A stretch of 64,000 bases of DNA from positions 13,392,001 to 13,456,000 of the forward strand of contig OZ176052.1 in the NCBI GenBank assembly GCA_964247055.1. Direction: 5' to 3'. Position numbers and translations under genes: made by a program. This stretch comes from Paragordius varius. Its lineage: Eukaryota; Animalia; Nematomorpha. The notes beneath the pieces are model-generated. The model saw nothing but the letters and a program-made list of their open reading frames with translations, was not told the DNA's origin and did not search any database. Each line of letters starts with the position of its first letter. Within the stretch, counting starts at the first letter, position 1. This document shows positions 28,901-43,259 of the stretch, one piece after another.

Positions 28901-31900
28901 TCGCATCAATACTCAAATTAAACTTTGTCCTTAAAAATCGGATATTGGTCACCGGTGAACAAAATTATTTTTTATATATTCTCTTAGCAAGACTACATTA
29001 AAATATAGAGATAGTTTGACAAACTCTTTCATATCCGATTTTTACAACGATACTTTATAAATTAATGTATAAAACTAGTCGTATCAATAAGTCGCATCAA
29101 TACTCAAGTTAAACTTTGTCCTTAAGAATCGGATATTGGTCACCGGTGAACAAAATAATTTTTTATACATTCTCTTAGTAAGACTACATCAAAATATAGA
29201 GATAGTTTGACAAACTCTTTCACAACCGATTTTTACAACGATACTTTAAAAATTATGGTATTAAACCAGTCGCATCGATACTCAAGTTAAACTTTGTCCT
29301 TAAAAATCGGATATTGGTCACCGGTGAACAAAATAATTTTTTATACATTCTCTTAGTAAGACTACATCAAAATATAGAGATAGTTTGACAAACTCTTTCA
29401 TAACCGATTTTTACAACGATACTTTAAAAATTATGGTATTAAACCAGTCGCATCGATACTCAAGTTAAACTTTGTCCTTAAAAATCGGATATTGGTCACC
29501 GGTGAACAAAATTATTTTTTATACATTCTCTTAGTAGGACTACATCAAAATATAGAGATAGTTTGGCAAACTCTTTCATATCCGATTTTTACAACGATAC
29601 TTTAAAAATTAATGTATAAAACTAGTCGCATCAATACTCAAGTTTAACTTTGTCCTTAAAAATCGAATATTGGTCACCGGTGAACAAAATAATTTTTTAT
29701 ACATTCTCTTAGTAAGACTACATCAAAATATAGAGATAGTTTGACAAACTCTTTCATATCCGATTTTTACAACGATACTTTAAAAATTAATGTATTAAAC
29801 TAGTCGCATCAATACTCAAGTTAAACTTTGTCCTTAAAAATCGGATATTGGTCACCGGTGAACAAAATAATTTTTTATACATTCTCTTAGTAAGACTACA
29901 TCAAAATATAGAGATAGTTTGACAAACTCTTTCATATCCGATTTTTACAACGATACTTTAAAAATTAATGTATTAAACTAGTGGCATCAATACTCAAGTT
30001 AAACTTTATCCTTAAAAATTGGATATTGGTCACCGGTGAAGAAAATAATTTTTATACATTCTTTTAGTAAGACTACATCAAAATATAGAGATAGTTTGAC
30101 AAACTCTTTCATATCCGATTTTTACAACGATACTTTAAAAATTATGGTATTAAACTAGTCGCATCAATACTCAAATTAAACTTTGTCCTTAAAAATCGGA
30201 TATTGGTCACCGGTAAACAAAATTATTTTTTATATATTCTCTTAGCAAGACTACATCAAAATATAGAGATAGTTTGACAAACTCTTTCATATCCGATTTT
30301 CACAACGATACTTTAAAAATTAATGTATAAAACTAGTCGTATCAATAAATCGCATCAATACTCAAGTTAAACTTTGTCCTTAAAAATCGGATATTGGTCA
30401 CCGGTGAACAAAATAATTATTTATACATTCTCTTAGTAAGACTACATCAAAATATAGAGATAGTTTGACAAACTCTTTCATATCCGATTTTTACAACGAT
30501 ACTTTAAAAATTATGGTATTAAACCAGTCGCATCAATACTCAAATTAAACTTTGTCCTTAAAAATCGGATATTGGTCACCGGTGAACAAAATTATTTTTT
30601 TATTCTCTTAGCAAGACTACATCAAAATATAGAGATAGTTTGACAAACTCTTTCATATCCGATTTTCACAACGATACTTTAAAAATTAATGCATGAAACT
30701 TGTCGCTTCAATACTCAAGTTAAACTTTGTCCTTAAAAATCGGATATTGGTCACCGGTGAACAAAATTATTTTTTAATTCTCTTAGAAAGACTACATCAA
30801 AATATAGAGATAGTTTGACAAACTCTTTCATATCTGATTTTTACAACGATACTTTAAAAATTATGGTATTAAACTAGTCGCATCAATACTCAAATTAAAC
30901 TTTGTCCTTAAAAATCGGATATTGGTCACCGGTGAATAAAATTATTTTTTTATTCTCTTAGCAAGACTACATCAAAATATAGAGATTGTTTGACAAACTC
31001 TTTCATATCCGATTTTCACAACGATACTTTAAAAATTAATGCATGAAACTTGTCGCTTCAATACTCAAGTTAAACTTTGTCCTTAAAAATCGGATATTGG
31101 TCACCGGTGAACAAAATTATTTTTTATACATTCTCTTAGTAAGACTACATCAAAATATAGAGATAGTTTGACAAACTCTTTCATATCCGATTTTTACAAC
31201 GATACTTTAAAAATTAATGTGTTAAACTAGTGGCATCAATACTCAAGTTAAACTTTGTCCTTATAAATCGGATATTTTATCACCGGTGAACAAAATTATT
31301 TTTTATACATTCTCTTAGTAAGACATCAAAATATAGAGATAGTTTGACAAACTCTTTCATATCCGATTTTTACAACGATACTTTAAAAATAAATGTATTA
31401 AACTAGTCGCATCAATACTCAAGTTAAACTTTGTCCTTAAAAATCGGATATTGGTCACCTATGAACAAAATAATTTTTTATACATTCTCTTAGTAAGACT
31501 ACATCAAAATATAGAGATAGTTTGACAAACTCTTTCATATCCGATTTTTACAACGATACTTTAAAATTAATGTATTAAACTAGTCGCATCAATACTCAAG
31601 TTAAACTTTGTCCTTAAAAATCGAATATTGGTCACCGGTGAACAAAATTATTTTTTATACATTCTCTTAGTAAGACTACATCAAAATATAGAGATAGTTT
31701 GACAAACTCTTTCATATCCGTTTTTACAACGATACTTTAAAAATTATGGTATTAAACTAGTCGCATCAATACTCAAATTAAACTTTGTTCTTAAAAATCG
31801 GATATTGGTCACCGGTGAACAAAATTATTTTTTATAGATTCTCAGACTACATCAAAATATAGAGATAGTTTGACAAACTCTTTCATATCCGATTTTTACA

Positions 31901-32000
31901 ACGATACTTTAAAAATTTATGTATAAAACTAGTCGTATCAATAAGTCGCATCAATACTCAAGTTAAACTTTGTCCTTAAAAATCGGATATTGGTCACCGG
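22960..32000 (+). repeat. Tandem duplication of a 25-monomer, 4,480-bp unit (2 copies)
   Basis: Private markers recur at exactly 4,480 bp: CATTTAAATA 23,081/27,561, CACAACCGAT 24,741/29,221, AGTTTAACTT 25,161/29,641, TCTTAGAAAG 26,301/30,781, AAAAATTTAT 27,431/31,911. I counted 25 GGTCACC-type landmarks per unit. Confidence 0.95.
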
Positions 32001-35000
32001 TGAACAAAATAATTTTTTAGACATTCTCTTAGTAAGACTACATCAAAATATAGAGATAGTTTGACAAACTCTTTCATAACCGATTTTTACAACGATACTT
32101 TAAAAATTATGGTATTAAACCAGTCGCATCGATACTCAAGTTAAACTTTGTCCTTAAAAATCGGATATTGGTCACCGGTGAACAAAATTATTTTTTATAC
32201 ATTCTCTTAGTAAGACTACATCAAAATATAGAGATAGTTTGACAAACTCTTTCATATCCGATTTTTACAACGATACTTTAAAAATTAATGTATAAAACTA
32301 GTCGCATCAATACTCAAGTTAAACTTTATCCTTAAAAATTGGATATTGGTCACCGGTGAACAAAATAATTTTTTATACATTCTCTTAGTAAGACTACATC
32401 AAAATATAGAGATAGTTTGACAAACTCTTTCATATCCGTTTTTACAACGATACTTTAAAAATTATGGTATTAAACTAGTCGCATCAATACTCAAATTAAA
32501 CTTTGTTCTTAAAAATCGGATATTGGTCACCGGTGAACAAAATTATTTTTTATAGATTCTCAGACTACATCAAAATATAGAGATAGTTTGACAAACTCTT
32601 TCATATCCGATTTTTACAACGATACTTTAAAAATTAATGTATAAAACTAGTCGTATCAATAAATCGCATCAATACTCAAGTTAAACTTTGTCCTTAAAAA
32701 TCGGATATTGGTCACCGGTGAACAAAATTATTTTTTATACATTCTCTTAGTAGGACTGCATCAAAACATAGAGATAGTTTGGCAAACTCTTTCATATCCG
32801 ATTTTTACTACGATACTTTAAAAATTAATGTATTAAAATAGTCGCATCAATACTCAAGTTAAACTTTGTCCTTAAAAATCGGATATTGGTCACCGGTAAA
32901 CAAAATTATTTTTTATACATTCTCTTAGTAAGATATCAAAATATAGAGATAGTTTGACAAACTCTTTCATAACCGATTTTTACAACGATACTTTAAAAAT
33001 TATGGTATTAAACCAGTCGCATCAATACTCAAGTTAAACTTTGTCCTTAAAAATCGGATATTGGTCACCTATAAACAAAATAATTTTTTATACATTCTCT
33101 TAGTAAGACTACATCAAAATATAGAGATAGTTTGACAAACTCTTTCATATCCGATTTTTACAACGATACTTTAAAATTAATGTATTAAACTAGTCGCATC
33201 AATACTCAAGTTAAACTTTGTCCTTAAAAATCGGATATTGGTCACCGGTGAACAAAATTATTTTTTATACATTCTCTTAGCAAGACTACATCAAAATATA
33301 GAGATAGTTTGACAAACTCTTTCATAACCGATTTTTACAACGATACTTTAAAAATTATGGTATTAAACCAGTCGCATCGATACTCAAGTTAAACTTTGTC
33401 CTTAAAAATCGGATATTGGTCACCGGTGAACAAAATTATTTTTTATACATTCTCTTAGTAAGACTACATCAAAATATAGAGATAGTTTGACAAACTCTTT
33501 CATATCCGATTTTTACAACGATACTTTATAAATTAATGTATAAAACTAGTCGTATCAATAAGTCGCATCAATACTCAAGTTAAACTTTGTCCTTAAAAAT
33601 CGAATATTGGTCACCGTTGAACAATATTATTTTTTATACATTCTCTTAGTAAGACTACATCAAAATATAGAGATAGTTTGACAAACTCTTTCATATCCGA
33701 TTTTTACAACGATACTTTAAAAATTATGGTATTAAACCAGTCGCATCGATACTCAAGTTAAACTTTGTCCTTAAAAATCGGATATTGGTCACCGGTGAAC
33801 AAAATAATTTTTTATACATTCTCTTAGTAAGACTACATCAAAATATAGAGATAGTTTGACAAACTCTTTCATATCCGATTTTTACAACGATACTTTAAAA
33901 ATTAATGTGTTAAACTAGTCGCATCAATACTCAAGTTAAACTTTGTCCTTAAAAATCGGATATTGGTCACCAGTGAACAAAATTATTTTTTATACATTCT
34001 CTTCGCAAGACTACATCAAAATATAGAGATAGTTTGACAAACTCTTTCATATCCGATTTTTACAACGATACTTTATAAATTAATGTATAAAACTAGTCGT
34101 ATCAATAAGTCGCATCAATACTCAAGTTAAACTTTGTCCTTAAAAATCGGATATTGGTCACCGGTGAACAAAATAATTTTTTATACATTCTCTTAGTAAG
34201 ACTACATCAAAATATAGAGATAGTTTGACAAACTCTTTCATAACCGATTTTTACAACGATACTTTAAAAATTATGGTATTAAAACAGTCGCATCGATACT
34301 CAAGTTAAACTTTGTCCTTAAAAATCGGATATTGGTCACCGGTGAACAAAATAATTTTTTATACATTCTCTTAGTAAGACTACATCAAAATATAGAGATA
34401 GTTTGACAAACTCTTTCATATCCGATTTTTACAACGATACTTTAAAAATTAATGTATTAAACTAGTCGCATCAATACTCAAATTAAACTTTGTCCTTAAA
34501 AATCGGATATTGGTCACCGGTGAACAAAATTATTTTTTATATATTCTCTTAGCAAGACTACATTAAAATATAGAGATAGTTTGACAAACTCTTTCATATC
34601 CGATTTTTACAACGATACTTTAAAATTAATGTATTAAACTAGTCGCATCAATACTCAAGTTAAACTTTGTCCTTAAAAATCGGATATTGGTCACCGGTGA
34701 ACAAAATTATTTTTTATACATTCTCTTAGTAAGACTACATCAAAATATAGAGATAGTTTGACAAACTCTTTCATATCCGATTTTTACAACGATACTTTAA
34801 AAATTATGGTGTTAAACTAGTCGCATCAATACTCAAGTTAAACTTTGTCCTTAAAAATCGGATATTGGTCACCGGTGAACAAAATAATTTTTTATACATT
34901 CTCTTAGTAAGACTACATCAAAATATAGAGATAGTTTGACAAACTCTTTCATATCCGATTTTTACAACGATACTTTAAAATTAATGTATTAAACTAGTCG

Positions 35001-38000
35001 CATCAATACTCAAGTTAAACTTTGTCCTTAAAAATCGGATATTGGTCACCGGTGAACAAAATTATTTTTTATATATTCTCTTAGCAAGACTACATTAAAA
35101 TATAGAGATAGTTTGACAAACTCTTTCATATCCGATTATTACAACGATACTTTAAAATTAATGTATTAAACTAGTCGCATCAATACTCAAGTTAAACTTT
35201 GTCCTAAAAAATCGGATATTGGTCACCGGTGAACAAAATTATTTTTTATACATTCTCTTAGTAAGACTACATCAAAATATAGAGATAGTTTGACAAACTC
35301 TTTCATATCCGATTTTTACAACGATACTTTAATAAAAATTAATGTATAAAACTAGTCGCATCAATACTCAAGATTAACTTTGTCCTTAAAAATCGAATAT
35401 TGGTCACCGGTGAACAAAATTATTTTTTATACATTCTCTTAGTAAGACTACATCAAAATATAGAGATAGTTTGACAAACTCTTTCATATCCGATTTTTAC
35501 AACGATACTTTAAAAATTATGGTGTTAAACTAGTCGCATCAATACTCAAGTTAAACTTTGTCCTTAAAAATCGGATATTGGTCACCGGTGAACAAAATAA
35601 TTTTTTATACATTCTCTTAGTAAGACTACATCAAAATATAGAGATAGTTTGACAAACTCTTTCATATCCGATTTTTACAACGATACTTTAAAATTAATGT
35701 ATTAAACTAGTCGCATCAATACTCAAGTTAAACTTTGTCCTTAAAAATCGGATATTGGTCGCCGGTGAACAAAATTATTTTTTATACATTCTCTTAGCAA
35801 GACTACATCAAAATATAGAGATAGTTTGACAAACCCTTTCATATCCGATTTTTACAACGATACTTTATAAATTAATGTATAAAACTAGTCGTATCAATAA
35901 GTCGCATAATACTCAAGTTAAACTTTGTCCTCAAAAACCGGATATTGGTCACCGGTGAACAAAATAATTTTTTATACATTCTCTTAGTAAGACTACATCA
36001 AAATATAGAGATAGTTTGACAAACTCTTTCATAACCGATTTTTACAACGATACTTTAAAAATTAATGTATAAAACTAGTCGTATCAATAAGTCGCATCAA
36101 TACTCAAGTTAAACTTTGTCCTTAAAAATCGGATATTGGTCACCGGTGAACAAAATAATTTTTTATACATTCTCTTAGCAAGACTACATCAAAATATAGA
36201 GATAGTTTGACAAACTCTTTCATATCCGATTTTTACAACGATACTTTATAAATTAATGTATAAAACTAGTCGTATCAATAAGTCGCATCAATACTCAAGT
36301 TAAACTTTGTCCTTAAAAATCGGATATTGGTCACCGGTGAACAAAATAATTTTTTATACATTCTCTTAGTAAGACTACATCAAAATATAGAGATAGTTTG
36401 ACAAACTCTTTCATAACCGATTTTTACAACGATACTTTAAAAAGTATGGTATTAAACCAGTCGCATCAATACTCAAGTTAAACTTTGTCCTTAAAAATCG
36501 GATATTGGTCACCGGTGAACAAAATTATTTTTTATACATTCTCTTAGTAAGACTACATCAAAATATAGAGATAGTTTGACAAACTCTTTTATATCCGATT
36601 ATTACAACGATACTTTAAAAATTAATGTATAAAACTAGTCGCATCAATACTGAAGTTAAACTTTATCCTTAAAAATTGGATATTGGTCACCGGTGAACAA
36701 AATAATTTTTTATACATTCTCTTAGTAAGACTACATCAAAATAGAGAGATAGTTTGACAAACTCTTTCATATCCGATTTTTACAACGATACTTTAAAAAT
36801 TATGGTATTAAACTAGTCGCATCAATACTCAAATTAAACTTTGTCCTTAAAAATCGGATATTGGTCACCGGTGAACAAAATTTCATTTTTTCTCTTAGCA
36901 AGACTACATCAAAATATAGAGATAGTTTGAAACTCTTTCATAACCGATTTTTACAACGATACTTTAAAAATTATGGTATTAAACCAGTCGCATCAATACT
37001 CAAGTTAAACTTTGTCCTTAACAATCGGATATTGGTCACCGGTGAACAAAATTATTTTTTATACATTCTCTTAGTAGGACTACATCAAAATATAGAGATA
37101 GTTTGGCAAACTCTTTCATATCCGATTTTTACAACGATATTTAAAAATTAATGTATAAAACTAGTCGCATCAATACTCAAGTTAAACTTTGTTCTTAAAA
37201 ATCGAATATTGGTCACCGGTGAACAAAATTATTTTTTATACATTCTCTTAGTAAGACTACATCAAAATATAGAGATAGTTTGACAAACTCTTTCATATCC
37301 GATTTTTACAACGATACTTTAAAAATTAATGTGTTAAACTAGTCGCATCAATACTCAAGTTAAACTTTGTCCTTAAAAATCGGATATTGGTCACCGGTGA
37401 ACAAAATTATTTTTTATACATTCTCTTAGCAAGACTACATCAAAATATAGAGATAGTTTGACAAACTCTTTCATATCCGATTTTTACAACGATACTTTAT
37501 AAATTAATGTATAAAACTAGTCGTATCAATAAGTCGCATCAATACTCAAGTTAAACTTTGTCCTTAAAAATCGGATATTGGTCACCGGTGAACAAAATAA
37601 TTTTTTATACATTCTCTTAGTAAGACTACATCAAAATATAGAGATAGTTTGACAAACTCTTTCATAACCGATTTTTACAACGATACTTTAAAAATTATGG
37701 TATTAAACCAGTCGCATCAATACTCACGTTAAACTTTGTCCTTAAAAATCGGATATTGGTCACCGGTGAACAAAATTATTTTTTATACATTCTCTTAGTA
37801 AGACTACATCAAAATATAGAGATAGTTTGACAAACTCTTTCATATCCGATTTTTACAACGATACTTTAAAAATTAATGTATAAAACTAGTCGCATCAATA
37901 CTGAAGTTAAACTTTATCCTTAAAAATTGGATATTGGTCACCGGTGAACAAAATAATTTTTTATACATTCTCTTAGTAAGACTACATCAAAATATAGATA

Positions 38001-41000
38001 TAGTTTGACAAACTCTTTCATATCCGATTTTTACAACGATACTTTAAATATTATGGTATTAAACTAGTCGCATCAATACTCAAATTAAACTTTGTCCTTA
38101 AAAATCGGATATTGGTCACCGGTGAACAAAATTATATTTTATATATTCTCTTAGCAAGACTACATCAAAATATAGAGATAGTTTGAAACTCTTTCATAAC
38201 CGATTTTTACAACGATACTTTAAAAATTATGGTATTAAACCAGTCGCATCAATACTCAAGTTAAACTTTGTCCTTAACAATCGGATATTGGTCACCGGTG
38301 AACAAAATTATTTTTTATACATTCTCTTAGTAAGACTACATCAAAATATAGAGATAGTTTGACAAACTCTTTCATATCCGATTTTTACAACGATACTTTA
38401 AAAATTAATGTATTAAACTAGTCGCATCAATACTCAAATTAAACTTTGTCCTTAAAAATCGGATATTGGTCACCGGTGAACAAAATTATTTTTTATATAT
38501 TCTCTTAGCAAGACTACATCAAAATATAGAGATAGTTTGACAAACTCTTTCATATCCGATTTTTACAACGATACTTTAAAAATTAATGTATAAAACTAGT
38601 CGTATCAATAAATCGCATCAATACTCAAGTTAAACTTTGTCCTTAAAAATCGGATATTGGTCACCGGTGAACAAAATTATTTTTTATACATTCTCTTAGT
38701 AAGACTACATCATAAAAAAGAGATAGTTTGACAAACTCTTTCATATCCGATTTTTACAACGATACTTTAAAAATTAATGTATTAAACTAGTCGCATCAAT
38801 ACTCAAGTTAAACTTTGTCCTTAAAAATCGGATATTGGTCACCGGTAAACAAAATTATTTTTTATACATTATCAGACATCAAAATATAGAGATAGTTTGA
38901 CAAACTCTTTCATATCCGATTTTTACAACGATACTTTAAAAATTAATGTATTAAACTAGTCGCATCAATACTCAAGTTAAACTTTGTCCTTAAAAATCGG
39001 ATATTGGCCACCGGTGAACAAAATTATTTTTTATACAGTCTCTTAGCAAGACTACATCAAAATATAGAGATAGTTTGACAAACTCTTTCATATCCGATTT
39101 TCACAACGATACTTTATAAATTAATGTATAAAACAAGTCGTATCAATAAGTCGCATCAATACTCAAGTTAAACTTTGTCCTTAAAAATCGGATATTGGTC
39201 ACCGGTGAACAAAATAATTTTTTATACATTCTCTTAGTAAGACTACATCAAAATATAGAGATAGTTTGACAAACTCTTTTAACCGATTTTTACAACGATA
39301 CTTTAAAAATTATGGTATAAAACTAGTCGCATCCATACTCAAGTTAAACTTTATCCTTAAAATTGGATATTGGTCACCGGTGAACAAAATAATTTTTTAT
39401 ACATTCTCTTAGTAAGACTACATCTAGAGATAGTTTGACAAACTCTTTCATATCCGATTTTTACAACGATACTTTAAAAATTATGGTATTAAACTAGTCG
39501 CATCAATACTCAAATTAAACTTTGTCCTTAAAAATCGGATATTGGTCACCGGTGAACAAAATTATATTTTATATATTCTCTTAGCAAGACTACATCAAAA
39601 TATAGAGATAGTTTGAAACTCTTTCATATCCGATTTTTACAACGATACTTTAAAAATTAATGTATAAAACTAGTCGCATCAATACTCAAGTTAAACTTTA
39701 TCCTTAAAAATTGGATATTGGTCACCGGTGAACAAAATAATTTTTTATATATTCTCTTAGCAAGACTACATCAAAATATAGAGATAGTTTGACAAACTCT
39801 TTCATATCCGATTTTTACAACGATACTTTAAAAATTAATGTATAAAACTAGTCGTATCAATAAATCGCATCAAAGGTTAAACTTTGTCCTTAAAAATTGG
39901 ATATTGGTCACCGGTGAATAAAATTATTTTTTATACATTCTCTTAGTAGGACTACATCAAAATATAGAGATAGTTTGACAAACTCTTTCATATCCGATTT
40001 TTACAACGATACTTTAAAAATTAATGTATAAAACTAGTCGCATCAATACTCAAGTTAAACTTTGTCCTTAAAAATCGAATATTGGTCACCGGTGAACAAA
40101 ATTATTTTTTATACATTCTCTTAGTAAGACTACATCAAAATATAGAGATAGTTTGACAAACTCTTTCATATCCGATTTTTACAACGATACTTTAAAAATT
40201 AATGTGTTAAACTAGTCGCATCAATACTCAAGTTAAACTTTGTCCTTAAAAATCGAATATTGGTCACCGGTGAACAAAATTATTTTTTATATATTCTCTT
40301 AGCAAGACTACATCAAAATATAGAGATAGTTTGACAAACTCTTTCATATCCGATTTTTACAACGATACTTTAAAAATTAATGTATAAAACTAGTCGTATC
40401 AATAAATCGCATCAATACTCAGGTTAAACTTTGTCCTTAAAAATTGGATATTGGTCACCGGTGAACAAAATAATTTTTTATACATTCTCTTAGTAAGACT
40501 ACATCAAAATATAGAGATAGTTTGACAAACTCTTTCATATCCGATTTTTACAACGATACTTTAAAAATTAATGTATTAAACTAGTCGCATCAATACTCAA
40601 ATTAAACTTTGTCCTTAAAAATCGGATATTGGTCACCGGTGAACAAAATTATTTTTTATATATTCTCTTAGCAAGACTACATCAAAATATAGAGATAGTT
40701 TGACAAACTCTTTCATATCCGATTTTTACAACGATACTTTAAAAAATAATGTATAAAACTAGTCGTATCAATAAATCGCATCAATACTCAGGTTAAACTT
40801 TGTCCTTAAAAATTGGATATTGGTCACCGGTGAATAAAATTATTTTTTATACATTCTCTTAGTAGGACTACATCAAAATATAGAGATAGTTTGGCAAACT
40901 CTTTCATATCCGATTTTTACAACGATACTTTAAAAATTAATGTATAAAACTAGTCGCATCAATACTCAAGTTAAACTTTGTCCTTAAAAATCGAATATTG

Positions 41001-43259
41001 GTCAACGGTGAACAAAATTATTTTTTATACATTCTCTTAGTAAGACTACATCAAAATATAGAGATAGTTTGACAAACTCTTTCATATCCGATTTTTACAA
41101 CGATACTTTAAAAATTAATGTATAAAACTAGTCGTATCAATAAATCGCATCAATACTCAGGTTAAACTTTGTCCTTAAAAATTGGATATTGGTCACCGGT
41201 GAATAAAATTATTTTTTATACATTCTCTTAGTAGGACTACATCAAAATATAGAGATAGTTTGGCAAACTCTTTCATATCCGATTTTTACAACGATACTTT
41301 AAAAATTAATGTATAAAACTAGTCGCATCAATACTCAAGTTAAACTTTGTCCTTAAAAATCGAATATTGGTCACCGGTGAACAAAATTATTTTTTATACA
41401 TTCTCTTAGTAAGACTACATCAAAATATAGAGATAGTTTGACAAACTCTTTCATATCCGATTTTTACAACGATACTTTATAAATTAATGTATAAAACTAG
41501 TCGTATCAATAAGTCGCATCAATACTCAAGTTAAACTTTGTCCTTAAAAATCGGATATTGGTCACCGGTGAACAAAATAATTTTTTATACATTCTCTTAG
41601 TAAGACTACATCAAAATATAGAGATAGTTTGACAAACTCTTTTAACCGATTTTTACAACGATACTTTAAAAATTATGGTATTAAACCAGTCGCATCAATA
41701 CTCAAGTTAAACTTTGTCCTTAAAAATCGGATATTGGTCACCGGTGAACAAAATAATTTTTTATACATTCTCTTAGTACTACATCAAAATATAGAGATAG
41801 TTTGACAAACTCTTTTAACCGATTTTTACAACGATACTTTAAAAATTATGGTATTAAACCAGTCGCATCAATACTCAAGTTAAACTTTGTCCTTAAAAAT
41901 CGGATATTGGTCACCGGTGAACAAAATTATTTTTTATACATTCTCTTAGTAAGACTACAACAAAATATAGAGATAGTTTGACAAACTCTCTCATATCCGA
42001 TTTTTACAACGATACTTTATAAATTAATGTATAAAACTAGTCGTATCAATAAGTCGCATCAATACTCAAGTTAAACTTTGTCCTTAAAAATCGGATATTG
42101 GTCACCGGTGAACAAAATAATTTTTTATACATTCTCTTAGTAAGACTACATCAAAATATAGAGATAGTTTGACAAACTCTTTTAACCGATTTTTACAACG
42201 ATACTTTAAAAATTATGGTATTAAACCAGTCGCATCAATACTCAAGTTAAACTTTATCCTTAAAATTGGATATTGGTCACCGGTGAACAAAATAATTTTT
42301 TATACATTCTCTTAGTTAGACTAGATCTAGAGATAGTTTGACAAACTCTTTCATATCCGATTTTTACAACGATACTTTAAAAATTATGGTATTAAACTAG
42401 TCGCATCAATACTCAAATTAAACTTTGTCCTTAAAAATCGGATATTGGTCACCGGTGAACAAAATTATATTTTATATATTGTCTTAGCAAGACTACATCA
42501 AAATATAGAGATAGTTTGAAACTCTTTCATATCCGATTTTTACAACGATACTTTAAAAATTAATGTATAAAACTAGTCGCATCAATACTCAAGTTAAACT
42601 TTATCCTTAAAAATTGGATATTGGTCACCGGTGAACAAAATAATTTTTTATACATTCTCTTAGTAAGACTACATCAAAATATAGAGATAGTTTGACAAAC
42701 TCTTTCATATCCGATTTTTACAACGATACTTTAAAAATTAATGTATTAAACTAGTCGCATCAATACTCAAATTAAACTTTGTCCTTAAAAATCGGATATT
42801 GGTCACCGGTGAACAAAATTATTTTTTATATATTCTCTTAGCAAGACTACATCAAAATATAGAGATAGTTTGACAAACTCTTTCATATCCGATTTTTACA
42901 ACGATACTTTAAAAATTAATGTATAAAACTAGTCGTATCAATAAATCGCATCAATACTCAGGTTAAACTTTGTCCTTAAAAATTGGATATTGGTCACCGG
43001 TGAATAAAATTATTTTTTATACATTCTCTTAGTAGGACTACATCAAAATATAGAGATAGTTTGGCAAAGTCTTTCATATCCGATTTTTACAACGATACTT
43101 TAAAAATTAATGTATAAAACTAGTCGCATCAATACTCAAGTTAAACTTTGTCCTTAAAAATTGAATATTGGTCACCGGTGAACAAAATTATTTTTTATAC
43201 ATTCTCTTAGTAAGACTACATCAAAATATAGAGATAGTTTGACAAACTCTTTCATATCC

